Positions 50,815-63,239 of a DNA stretch of 64,000 nucleotides are shown here, in pieces; position 1 is the first letter of the stretch, and the number at the start of each line of letters is the position of its first letter. Both the position numbers and the translations under genes were made by a program. This stretch comes from Paraphysomonas bandaiensis. Its lineage: Eukaryota > Protista > Chrysophyceae. The notes below the pieces were generated by a model. It saw nothing but the letters and a program-made list of their open reading frames with translations, made no database searches and was not told the DNA's origin. Location: contig CBFFRP010000668.1 in assembly GCA_965644295.1 (NCBI GenBank), forward strand, positions 64,267-128,266. Reading direction: 5' to 3'.

Positions 50815-51046
50815 ACTAGTGCTTATCCTTCTATTTAGCGCTACGAATGTAGCTTGTGCATCACCGCAAGCACCAAGGTGCAACCATTTTCGCTCAATCA
50901 CTCAAAATAAACGCAGTGAGCAAGCATATTATAGTATTATGCATCAGGGTCTGGTAACCACTAATGGCTATGTATTATACGCCTTATTATTAGCAATAGG
51001 CGTTAAAAATCTGCACCAGCTTAGTAGCTAGATGGACAAACTAGTC
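50815..51046 (-). repeat. Rearranged fragments of the LINE/SINE 3' tail
   Basis: GCTTGTGCATCACCGCAAGCACCAAGGTGCAACCA and TTAGCAATAGGCGTT blocks, in swapped order relative to intact copies. Confidence 0.7.
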
Positions 51047-52014
51047 AAGCTGGCTCATTAATAGTAGTTGAGCTCCCAGAATTATATTTGCATCAATGAA
51101 AAATTTCCCGGAAATTATAATGGTTCATTATGATTCATTTGAACGTGACTTTACTACGATATTATACAATACACAATATTAGGGAAAGTAGGGAAAGCAC
51201 AATGATGACTCGTACACTTTCAAGCGCAAATTATTAAAAACGCTCTTAGAGTTGTATTCTACGCTCCTGATGTAGAAGATCAAAATGATGTCAGCTCTAT
51301 CTTCATGATTCCGGTTTCGGTAACATTGTGCTTATCAGAACAGTGTACGTGTACGTCATCATGTTGTCGTACACACGGCAATTGAGTCAGTTCAACTTGC
51401 AAGAAGGGGTTTACCTAAATAAATAAATGTCATATTTATATATATACTATGTACAATAGTCAATGCATGCGAGTTTTACTCTTTGATAGCAAGAATACAG
51501 TTGTGAGATTAACAGTAACACTTACTTATGAACTTGTTATGAATATAGTAATTTCAATAAAACGGAACTACATTAGCCGCCAGTATATATAGTTACCTCT
51601 CATCTGTCATTTTTATTCCAGAGGCACTATATATACCTCGCAGTTGCTATTCGTCAGCAGTTGTTGTAGCCATTGTTGAAATTCGGGAATTTAATGTTTG
51701 AGTTAGTCTATAGTGCACCTGCCATTCCCTTATGTAGATACTATTGATACAAAACAATACTTTGTTTCCCTCATATTAATCAGGGAATATGTAGTTCCTA
51801 TATCCTCAGACATCAAGCTACAAATAGCAATATATTATCGATATTAGGTTTTAAAAATCATGAGTATAAGCTACAATTAATCCTCTATAGAGGGATAGGG
51901 AATATATACCTACCTACTACCTACACGTAGCTTTTACCCTCGTTTTAACAAAAGGCCACCATATCTTGCCAATGAATCAAGTACATCATCACTGCACAAT
52001 CTGGATCTTCTTAC

Positions 52015-52911
52015 CAGGTTTGCGTAACAATTCATTGGTTTTCAATTTATTGGAAATAATTTCCAATTGATTGGATTGCCAATATTAAATTAATTTGTTT
52101 TAAAAGTGATAATTGCAACTATTATTATTGATAAATGGTGCCAATTAATTGGCTGGCTAAATTATATATAGCATCTTACGATATCTAGCTACTGATCTTA
52201 GGTAGAAACCCATTATATATATGTTAGCATAGTAGTATAGATGTATGTGCACAGTCACGTTATCATTATATTATCAATCGTAATTAGGGTTAGTATACAC
52301 TTTAACCTCAGCATGCAAGAGTAATATATCATGTCAAAGATCGTCGGCAAAAAACATGAGCACCTCCATAACGATTGTCTAGATACATAGCATATGATAG
52401 CATATGCAACTGCTTCGAAATATTCAAGTATAGTAGTGTAAATACCGTTATAAGTGTATCCGTTGGGTACCACTATGGGAGGACGAGAAGTATGTGTGTG
52501 TGCAAGAATACCTTAATACAGAGGATCCGTAGTGTATGTGTACAACAATAATGGACTAGAAGCATTATTGTTATACTTATCATTCTTATTATTTATTTAC
52601 TAGGATGGTATCGAATGAACAGATTTGGTGATTTATTCGTCAGTACCCGGGTGGAATCATGTTGTTTAGCAGAGATAAGATTGTTATGACTAGATTTTCG
52701 CAAGCGAAAGACACCTCTAGACACCTTAAAATGTTGAATTTTCTTTGGGATGAGATTATAGTTCAGAAAGTTATTCTAAAATCTATCAATAGAATTAAAG
52801 GCAATTACTGCCAATTAATTGCATTGCCAATAATAGGATGCTTGATTAATAATTGCAATTAATAGTTGGACACCTGTCACCAATTAATTGTTACATTGTT
52901 AGGCAAGCCTG
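52015..52911. mobile_element. Non-autonomous hAT-type element (family 3, degenerate)
   Basis: TIR CAGGTTTGCGTAACAAT / CAGGCTTGCCTAACAAT (15/17), TSD CTTCTTAC/CTCCTTAC (7/8), CAATTAATTG subterminal repeats. Confidence 0.78.
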
Positions 52912-53461
52912 CTCCTTACTAACATATATAGCCTCCTAATAACCCTTTGTGTAATGTTAAATTACAAATGGCAGAACTAAACGCGGTTACAGCGAGGATG
53001 AAATGAAATAATAGTGTGTAGATTGTAGTTAGGGTGGAATCTTTATACTGGGCATTGAGTGTAGCCAAGATATAGTCTGTGGCTAACTTTACTTTCTTCA
53101 GGCGATGAGCAGGGGTCTCAAGGGTTACAGGAATATGTAGCTTTTCCTCCAGAATTTTAAATATGTGTGATGGAATTATACTGGACAGCTGGACAGACGA
53201 CACTAAAGAGTAAATAGCATGGCCAGCACGGTACTTGCAAGGAAATATATATCTTGGTGTCGTACAACGAAGTAAAATTAAAACATCTCTAAAATTGATA
53301 TGACCGGAGTTGAATGAACCACATAAGAACGATTGTAAGTCATTAATCACGAAAAAACATTTAAAACTAATTTGGGTCACTGCAGAGACTAATGGAATCT
53401 ATATATTGGTTTGCCTGCATCTATTGCCTTCATAACCACGAAGGTACAAAATCAAAATGTG

Positions 53462-54501
53462 TTAGCTACTTCCTTTGAACATCCCAGACGTCTTTACAGT
53501 AGTAACTGTGCTAACTCGAATGCCACCAGTCGCTTTCTCTTTTCTGGTCTTGACCGCTCGCCGAAGCGACTTTTCCCACTCGTCTCTCTTCAGCCGATAA
53601 AGCATCATAGCAGATTTGGCATCAATACCCTAAAATTGCGCCATACTTGTCAAAACAAATATCCACACAATGCTACAAAAATACCGGGTCATGTTCACCG
53701 TCCTGGATGGTCAAGCCAAGGAACTGCTTTGAGAGATCGCGCAATGATCGTGGCCGCATTTTGCCTCCGGCCTTCCCATGAGCCTGCGTAAATGCAATAA
53801 TTCAACCGCCGTAGAGAAAATATCGACTACATACTCGCATATATGGAGCATATGTTGCTGTATCGCGTATCTGTGAGCGGTGGTGGCTAAGCATAAGTAC
53901 ATCCAAGTCATTGTGGAGGGCGTGTCCAACAAGTATCTTTCCGTGTATGAGAGCCGCCACCTGTTGCATGCACTGTGTATATACATAATAAGTAATCCAT
54001 ATACAAAGCGCCATGATACCACCCACCTCTTCTAGAGTTACTGCTACACCCTTTCGCAGATCGCTTTTACGGACACCACTGTACTTCGTTCTGAAATCAG
54101 TTACGAAACTTTTCGGCCTCACAAACTTGTCGTAAATTTTATTTCCATCGAAGTCAACAAGACAGCAACGCGCAAGCGCACTTCGTTTTCCACTGGACCC
54201 TATCCCAACCATTTCGCAGTCTAGTGCGATGTATTTGGATTTCTCAGTGGCATCGAGATCGTCCCCTGAACATATGATACGATTACACTCAGAGTGCTCC
54301 ACATACAGATGTATCTCTACCTGGGACTGCACTTCCATTCATAGAGCAGGTGCCAGCACCTTCAGACTGTATGGTTTGTTTCAGTCTAACGGCGTCTGTG
54401 ATGTCGCTTCTCTTTCGTTTCTTATTAGGCGCATCTTTCACACGCTTCGTATCAGATGTGTCGTTAAGCTTACGTTTCAATGACGCCCAGTTACTGCTCA
54501 T
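53462..54501 (-). CDS. REXO4: RNA exonuclease 4 (DEDDh), 4 exons
   Basis: MSSNWASLK N-terminus, IALDCEMVGIG, VTDFRTKYSGVR, ILVGHALHNDL, RDTA, IQDGEHDP|GIDA. Confidence 0.92.
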
Positions 54502-55282
54502 ATTGAATTACTCCTCAGTTCTTATGGTGACGGCTGTGCTGTGCTGTGCTGTGGTGTGTATGGCTCATTCACTCCTTCATTGTTCTCTCTTCTCTATGGA
54601 TGTGTATGTATGTATGCGGCTATATACATGCTTATACATAGAGCCCCTCTGCGTCCCTCTGCATAGAGAATGTACAGAGGCCTCTCCCACCACCATTGAC
54701 AGCTCCCAGCATATGATTGGATGACACCCACCCCACTCCAGCCATACCGCATGTACAGCGGTATACCGCATACACTCTATACTGCTGTACATAACACACC
54801 AACACATGCGTCACGTACTCCAGTTACTGCTGCAGGCACCCTGCTTTTTTGTGGAGCGAAGGAGTCGTAGATTCAATCCAATGTGGTGGTAAAAAATCCT
54901 GCCTAGCGAATCATGGATTGCCACCTGATGCAGTGTCGTTGAAATGGATAACGATTTAGGATTATAAGATGCTCATATTTTCTTTCCCCGTATCCTACCG
55001 GGATTTTGAACAGAGTGTAATGAATGTTTGTATTTGTCGCAATTTCAATAGTTCGGACGCTTCTCACAATGCGAATATATGATCACCAGACTTTCGATTT
55101 GGACGAACATGAATTTGAAGATCATGAAAAAATTCCGTTATGGTTTAAACATGTATTTTCTCTATTTCTTTTCTTGCTATAGGTCTCTGTATAAACTTAC
55201 GTAAATATATTGAGTGCTAACTGATAAACTGGATGTTAAGTGGGGCAAAATATTAGACAAAGCTGAAATCCCTTGCGGAATA

Positions 55283-55514
55283 CAGTATTGAATGCCTTAA
55301 TATTAGCAATAGGCGTGTAAAAGTCAGAACTAATGAAGCATTGCAAATAACTAACTAGTACTCTTTTACCACACAAACATTTGGCTATGAGTTTGGAGAA
55401 CGTTATCCGCTCTCAATGTTTGCGGCTCATGTTAGTTTTTTGAAGAATTCTCACCTGTACTTATTCACCATAACACCAACAAAAGGTGCGAGTCGACTTT
55501 GTTGAGGGTTGTGG
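55283..55514 (-). mobile_element. Short copy of ribozyme-headed non-autonomous retroelement
   Basis: Reverse strand reads CCACAAC CCTCAACAAAGTCGACTCGC ACC TTTTGTT GGT GTTATGG..CTAACATGAGCC joined to tail ACGCCTATTGCTAAT. Confidence 0.75.
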
Positions 55515-56196
55515 AATAAAGCAGAGCTTTAATATACGTTCAAATAAAACAATAAAAGATATATTTTGGGCTTGATAGCTGTGTTCCACTACTCGAACTA
55601 AAGATATACCCACGATGCAGTGCAATGTGTTAATAGTGTCATATGTGTTTGTAGTTAGTAGATAACTAACTTCTCTAATTGGATAAAACGATGTACTATT
55701 TCCTAATTCACGTATACTACATAGGTATTAGTCGTGAATCGCGATACATGATTATGAGCGAACTAGAAGAACTGAAACGTATTCATGCAATAACAAATAT
55801 ATGTGAGCTGAAAGGGTAGAAATAGAAATATATAGAATACCAAAAAGTACAGAGTAGTTTGCTTTGACACGCACACAAAACGACGACGAAGTAAAGAGTA
55901 AAATTTTCCTTCATGGTTTCTATTTCTTTTGCCTCAGTCTTGGTTGCAGTTTCTATAGGGTGCCAACATATAGCGATGGTGGAGTGGAAGGCAGAGATAT
56001 TTGCCTCTGATTTTCGTTTGTAGCTTTACATTATCTAGATCTAAAATACTTGTTTTTCTACTGAGATAATATACTAGGAAATACGGAAATACTATGCGAA
56101 CTGTCATTCATCTTGAGCAGATGATAGAAATGAATTATTGGAATACCTTCTTATTAATATATAGTAAACTCACTCATAGTGCCCACATCTCGAAAT

Positions 56197-56526
56197 CTAG
56201 GTTTGAGGGTCCGTTTTACGACGCCAATTCTGCAAAAAAAACGATATTAAACCTTTTAGCATTACATTTCATATCTTACATCAGTGTTAGGATCAAACAA
56301 GAAGTCCATGTCGTTGTAAAACATAACATCAAGAAGATATCCGAAAAATAAGAAGACGAAAGCTGTCATCTGCATTGCAACCATAACTCAGACTTATTTT
56401 CAGTTCTAATTGAACACCTACCCAGTACATCCAGAAGTAAGTTTGGTCCGCTGGGCTGTAGGTCAGATATACGAAAGTTGCAGCAAGAACCATGAGCACG
56501 AGCTCCAACTGATGACGGGCATTCAT
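56197..56526 (-). CDS. Small (75 aa) two-TM membrane protein, 3 exons
   Basis: Two phase-0 GT-AG introns give MNARHQLELVLMVLAATFVYLTYSPADQTYFWMYW|MTAFVFLFFGYLLDVMFYNDMDFLFDPNTD|NWRRKTDPQT*. Confidence 0.75.
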
Positions 56527-57087
56527 ATTTAGAGTACTTGAACGATCAAAGAAAAAAATCAACAACAGCAGTAACTTCGAGTTTTAATGAGGTGTAAATT
56601 ATGCAACAGTGCTGGGGCTAGCTTGGTGCATATATATGATGTTGCTGAGGGTGTGTTATGGTATGTATATTCACTATGCATACACTGCACTGCGCTGTAT
56701 ACATATGTATATCTATCACAGCGAGAAAAATACAATCTCTATTATACCACAACCATATCTTGAACAAACACCGTTCTAAAAACTGAAAATTGATACATAG
56801 AGTTTTCATCGTTACGACTGGAATGATACAAATAGATTATTGTGAAGTCGAAGTGAGACAATGAGCAGGATTCATTCGGCCTGTTCCTTACTATGAATTG
56901 ATAGGTGTGTGTATGAGGGTACGCGGATCCTCTCTGGTGTATGCATGCAGGTGCGATGTCCTCACTGTATACGAGCCTGAGTATTTATTTAATGGTCGAT
57001 TGCAATTGCAGCCCCTCCAGTAGATCAACTAAATAACGATACGATTATCCCTGAAGCACCTCTGTAACTCTACTGTTATTACTCATC

Positions 57088-59968
57088 ATGCCACTATCTA
57101 AGCGGCATATATTCGATCCTCATCTATATGCGCCCCCGGATTTATATGAGGAGTCCAGTAAAGAGGACCTTCTCCAGGATGTGTCCATGTCAGGGACGCT
57201 CGGAGCTATCCACCAAATAAAGTTTTTATCGCTGTATAGTATCGAAGTGAGTACATATATACGCATACATACACACACATATATGTATCTGTTATGGTAT
57301 TATAATCTTACCTGTACAGGTTCTTGATAATCTCATAAGACTCTCTGAAGACGTCAGTGATCGTATTCAGACGGCTGCAGTTCGCACACAGATTTTATGG
57401 TCTAAAATTGGGCCTGTCGAAAGAAAAGTTCGTTCCACAGATATTACGACTATCCCGAAAAAGCGGAAAGCAGTACAGAAATTTAAATCACGAAATGCAT
57501 ACATCCCTTCTACACTAACGAAAAACACAAATTCTGTCCAGATTCTGAGTCAATATGGATTCTGTAACATACCTCCGCAGCTGTGGAAGATGGAAACTGT
57601 CATTGATGATTGTGTCGCGAGATACTCACACCCTGGTATTTTGGTGTGCATCTGTGTCAGTCGATCTCACACTGCTGGGCAGGTTTTTTCTTCGAGGAGT
57701 GGCTCAAAGTGGAGCTTCTGAGGCAGCAAGAGTATAAGAGAGAAAAGCGAAAAGCTAAAGAAGAAAGGAAGAAGAAACGACGCAAGCGGCGCGAAGAAGA
57801 AGGCGAGGTATTACCGACTTGTGTGTAGTATGCTCGAATTTGGCTTACATTCACTAGAGTGCTGAAATGAGTGCACGGGACCGCGCCAAGGCCCATGGTC
57901 GACAGTTGAAGGAAGAAAAGCGCCAACAGAGAGAGCAGGCTGCCAGAGAGGCGGAAGAGAACAGGAAACGAGCAGGTACGTAGCAGTACCGTGCCCTTTT
58001 TCATTTCCTAATATATATATTTGCAGCGGCTGCTTCTCGCTCTTTCATGACCGTGGACTCTCGCTCGATGGATACTATCAATACTATGCCAGCTCATGAT
58101 TCTAAACCTCCCGCTGTATTGCAATCACACGAAGAGAAAATAAGTGAAGTTAAGCATACGTTGACCGAAAATTTTGGGGTTGCAGAAAACACCCGGACTT
58201 CCTCCCCTCCACTCTATTCTCAACCTCCCGATGTTGATGGCGACCATGGTAATGCGGCTACACTTGATGAATTACCACCTCTCCCTGATGAGAGACTTTC
58301 TCCACCACCTGACGGTATCGAGGAATATTCAAGTCCCCCACCACTGTCACCCTCTCCGCCGCCATCTCCCCCTGCGAATGATGATGATGTTGAGCTGCTA
58401 CCCCCTCCGCCAGATGATGATGAGATCGAACCACCACCTCCGGATGACGACTGGAATGAACCCCCTCCACCTGATGACGATTTACCACCACCACCCGTAG
58501 AGGGTAATATAAATTATTCTGCATCCGTACCTGTAGATGATTCTGATGCGCCCTGTAGATGATTCTGATGAGCCCCCACCCCCCGACGACGACGATGAGC
58601 CCCCACCCCCAGACGACGATGACGAGCCTCCTCCCCCCGACACGTTACAAGATCCAACTCCTAAGCCCGTCACGGTATGATTTTCTCTTCATGCATATGT
58701 TGTTGTAATATTAGTTATTTAGTCTATTCCGGCTGCAATTTCTCCGCCACAACCTGGTGCTGCCCCTGTTGTAAAAACAGCGCCCAAGGTTAGAAGGAAA
58801 AGCCTGTTGGACCTTAAGGCGGATAGAGAGGCATTATCTGCAGCAGCCGTTGAAAATTTAAAGCACCTGAATGTAGTTTCTACAGCTGATGATGATATTG
58901 ATCCCGAGGTGCTTGCGGATAGTGACATTGCTAAGAGCATTCGTGCTTTCTCCGAAGCAGGGTCCGGAAGTAGACGGCAATCAATGTCAGGGGTACCTAG
59001 TCCCTCATCTTCCCCAAGACTGTCTCTTTTGAGTACGCACTCTATGCGTAGAAGCTCTGTTGGAGCTCCGCCTACATTAGTTTCAGATGGTCAATGGTCG
59101 CATCAGGTCCCTCGACGGCCCTCAATCCCATTCAACCGTACTGACAGAGATAGCGAAGGGAGTAGGAGCACATTGCGACCATTCACAGGTGGGAGTTATT
59201 ACTGAGTGTTTTTTTTCTTAAATTCTAACACAGCCTCTAATGACCCTGGTACAACTCGTCCCACTACGAGTGAGGTAGCAGAGCAGACATATGACCAAAG
59301 CCAGTATTGGGATGTGCAAGAAGAGCAGGATCAGCACTACGGATATGATGGTTATGATGGTCAGATGGAGTACCACGATAGGTGACTTGGTTGTGACAAA
59401 TTGTTAACTACAACTCACTACGATGCAGTAACTACAACTATGATACTGGGGAGTATAATTACGAGCGTCAACATCAGTACGACGTCGACCAAGACGCCGG
59501 AAACTACGGCGCCTATGAGGATGAACTTCCGGATGATTCCCCCCAATTGTTGCAGCAGTCATCATTGTCTGTATACGGGGGAGATTTAAACATTCTTGGT
59601 ACATATGTACTCATTTCTCGCGGTATACAGTAACATGAATTTCTAGGTCAAATACGTACTGGAAAAGTATTGCGCAAAGCCCCACCTCCTATTCCGAAAC
59701 TTAAGAGTGCCCGCGAGTCGACATTGGACTTGATTAAGGATGGGGCAGTCCAGTTACGTAAAACGGAACCTATATCGAAGAAAAATTCAACTGAACAGGT
59801 ATCCGTTATTTATGTGCGTTGTACTCTCGTCACGGCTTACATATGAAATGCCTTCAGCGCCATGAAGCCATTGCAGCAATTTTGTCGAATAGAGCACAAA
59901 TTGCTGGGAGTGATTCAGACAGTGATTCAGATGACTCAGACAGTGATTTTTCAGATGATTTCTTTTAA
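57088..59968 (+). CDS. SCAR/WAVE-family Arp2/3 activator (WHD, basic, poly-Pro, WH2-C-A), multi-exon
   Basis: MPLSKR N-terminus, YSHP|GFFFEEW followed by a basic tract, Pro/Asp-rich middle, WH2 RESTLDLIKDGAVQLRKT, C helix IAAILSNRAQIA, acidic tail DSDSD..DDFF*. Confidence 0.85.
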
Positions 59969-60699
59969 ACTATAGTAGTGATAATTAGTGGTGCTCAAGA
60001 TAGTGCATATGAAAATGTAATAATCAGCGTAAATCGTGGAAACTACATTGTAGTGTACTTTGTGGCGTTGTAGTAGATGTTCAAGCAAGGATTTCATCAG
60101 AGCTGAATGTTGTTGTTCTAATCTTACTATCGATGAAAAGATGCACTAGATAGGATATAATACAGAGTGGACAATGAGTGTACACAGAATAAGATATAAA
60201 TTAGATAGTACACTGTGTTCACTTGAGTACAGATGAAGTTCATGATGTCTTGGGAGTAGAAATTCTCATCACTTCTCGTTTGTAACCATTGAAGAATATA
60301 TTAACTTCGAACAGGTGCATCTGTACACTGTGTTGTGTGCATCGCACGAACATACCACATGCCATAATTCTGTAGACAACATCTGATATGCAGTGTGTTG
60401 CATAGCATGCTCTGCGACTATCCTGTCATGTGATGTCTACTCTCAGAGGTGTCAAGCACTGCACTTTTCCCTTCCCATAGAGTGCACAGATATTGGGGAA
60501 AACAAGCTTCCAGTGTACATATATCGCGATATACCGCGAGTGTGCTGTACTCGGACGGTACGTACAGTGTAGTATATGAAATTCGTCGGAGCTTGGAGTG
60601 TCTGCGTATCATGCAGGCTTGATGTTGTTCTGTTGTTCAGAGTTCAGTGCAGAACTGTGGATGCATAAGCACACATATATGCATCAACTCTGACGGAGT

Positions 60700-61660
60700 A
60701 TGCTAAGGAGTAGTTTTACGAGCCCAAGATATGCCAGTGTTCTGTATGTTGTTTGCTCCTGCAGTGGGGCTCTGTTCATATCGTATGTGTTGCCCCGCTT
60801 AGTGTCTTATTGCAGTACACATATGAGCACAATCAAACCCGCTCACCGCAAGACAATCATTAATATGTTAAATGATGACTATGATAATGTTAGTGTTAGT
60901 TGTTTAGAGGAAGTTATTATGAATGATCCTGAGGGGTTGAAAGCCACTGACAAGAAAGGCAGACTTCCTCTGCACATCGCTGTGAGCAAGCAGACAGTTC
61001 GGCTGGATATAGGTAATATTATTAATATAATAGCACTCTTAAATTTAAGTAATATTTCCAGTACGACTGCTGCTGCAGTATTTCGAAGATGCTGCATCCG
61101 TCAGTGACCGTTTCTGGGGAGCATTACCTCTTCATTATTGTGTTCATCGCGACCCAGATACAACAGCTGGACTGAGAGAGCTCGTTCGATTGATAGTGGA
61201 TGCATTCCCAGAAGGTGTCATGTGTCGAGATGGTGCTGGTTTTCTTCCAATTCACCGTGCTGGTACGTTTATGGTTTTGTGTTCTTCCTGGACATAACTT
61301 CTGTGAACAGCGAATCGACGACATCTGGATTCTGATGTTATCCGTATTCTTTTGGAATGTGATGCAGCTGTTGCCGTAGTTCCAACTACAAATGGGAATT
61401 TGGCGCTACACTGGGCAGTATCGCATCCTACACCAAGAGACAAGCGCGATTTAGAATCTATACTTCTTATATTCAATGCGTACCCTCCCGCTCTGTATAC
61501 TAGAAACTGTGATAACAAAACCGCGTTGGATGTTCTAATAACGCTCGCTAGTGATGAAACCATGGAGGGAGTATTTGAGTTTGATGGAAAGCACAGGGCA
61601 GTATGTGCCCGTGATATTGTTGATGTACTGTTACGTTGTTCGAGCGATACGGAGCAATAG
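60700..61660 (+). CDS. Ankyrin-repeat-like protein, multi-exon
   Basis: Repeated GRLPLHIAV, GALPLHY, GFLPIHRA, GNLALHWAV and KTALD motifs; start uncertain (60700 or 60823). Confidence 0.75.
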
Positions 61661-62294
61661 TTACCAGTACCCATGAACTTATTTTGCATTATCCAATGAC
61701 TAAACTGTATATAAACTATAATGACTCTGTATATCTTTCAAAATACCTGCCAGATATACCGCTTCCTTCGAATTAATATACAACACAGAAATAGTTAGCA
61801 TTCCAACTATGTTGATATGTTGATATTTACGGAAGCATCCAGATATATCTAAAAAGGTTATAATCTCTGACAGTGCAGAATAATAATTGAAGAATTTCGT
61901 GTACTACTATTTTTTCTTCATAAACACAATATACACTCTTAACACTTACATCTTATTGCGGTATATCGTACATATCATGTATTGCGGTGAGTGGAGTATG
62001 ATAGTATTCATTTATGTTATCATAAGCCATTTTCACACAGTAAAAACTTAGTTGATAACTCCTAACTGACATTCTTACCTAACTAACTTGAAATACGTCA
62101 TCGAATTCGCAGTCGTTGACAAAGTGTGACAAGTGACATGACAGCTTAAGTATGTCGCAAGTATAACAGAGAGACAGAGAGTGATAGGAAGCCACGTAAA
62201 TTACTTTATTACAACCTACTAACTCAAATAATGAGCTTTGAAGTAGAATATTCGTACAAAATATTGAGTATACATCATCAAAATATACTATTTC

Positions 62295-62930
62295 CTATAA
62301 CCTGACTTTCTGTTGTGTAAATTTCTGGCGAACAGGTTGCTTGCTATTATATTTTGCAAATGCGTATATCTTGGGGTGAGTCAACAGTAAGTCCAAGGAA
62401 TTATATTCTTCGGCTAATATATCGTTTGGAACAGCTCGATGAATCGCGGAGTGGCATGTTGAACAAATCATGATTCCATATGTGTTCAACCACAATCGCG
62501 AAACTTTTGCCACAGCATCCTCTCCATTGCACGGTATATTGGCAGGGAGCTGTTTCTTCTTTAAATACTTGTTGTGGGTCTCCTTAGGTATAAGATGGTG
62601 AAAGGTTCGCCTCAAGTATCTTTCACACATTTCACATGTGCCGTCATCGATATCAGCATCCATTTCATCTCCATTCGAGCCCACATCGCCTGTCCCTCCA
62701 CCTGTAACGACTTCAACAGTGGATGCAATATCGTGCAGTGTCTCTTCATCTAGATCCCCTAATCCTGCATCAAGGAGGATGGTGACTGCATCGTCCTTAG
62801 ATACAGTCACTCCGTCCTCTATATTCGCAGCTACTGTCTCACTCACGAACTCCAATATATGCAGAGACACTCTACTCCTCTCTGATGAACTCAGTGAACT
62901 CTCAAGGAGAGTCAGAATTTCACTTGCCAT
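62295..62930 (-). CDS. YisB-like HNH endonuclease-family protein (intronless)
   Basis: CEMCER..TFHHLIPKETH..ICSTCHSAIH..LAEEYNSLDLLL motif. Confidence 0.8.
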   Translation of the reverse strand: MASEILTLLESSLSSSERSRVSLHILEFVSETVAANIEDGVTVSKDDAVTILLDAGLGDLDEETLHDIASTVEVVTGGGTGDVGSNGDEMDADIDDGTCEMCERYLRRTFHHLIPKETHNKYLKKKQLPANIPCNGEDAVAKVSRLWLNTYGIMICSTCHSAIHRAVPNDILAEEYNSLDLLLTHPKIYAFAKYNSKQPVRQKFTQQKVRL

Positions 62931-63239
62931 TGTGATTAGAGTTATGCAGATCCAGTCAGAGGTACAGTAAGTAGATATATGTATGCGTGTGTTATGGTGT
63001 GTGTACAGCAGTATATGGATGTGGTATATATATACGATGCGTATGTGTGTGTGTGTCCATGCGCAAACCGAAGCAACTTCCCAGCAAATTCATGAAGGTG
63101 CCATGGAATACTCTGGAATACTGTGGAATACATGGAGTATTTGCTACTACACTGCGCAGAGAAAAAACACGGTACTCGGTCGAAAGTCACGGATGCTACA
63201 GATCAATAAACGGACGGAATACCCCCGTTGCCTTTTTAT

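Noticed and set aside
52919-53380. 153-aa ORF
   Set aside because: Non-ATG start, no recognisable homology.
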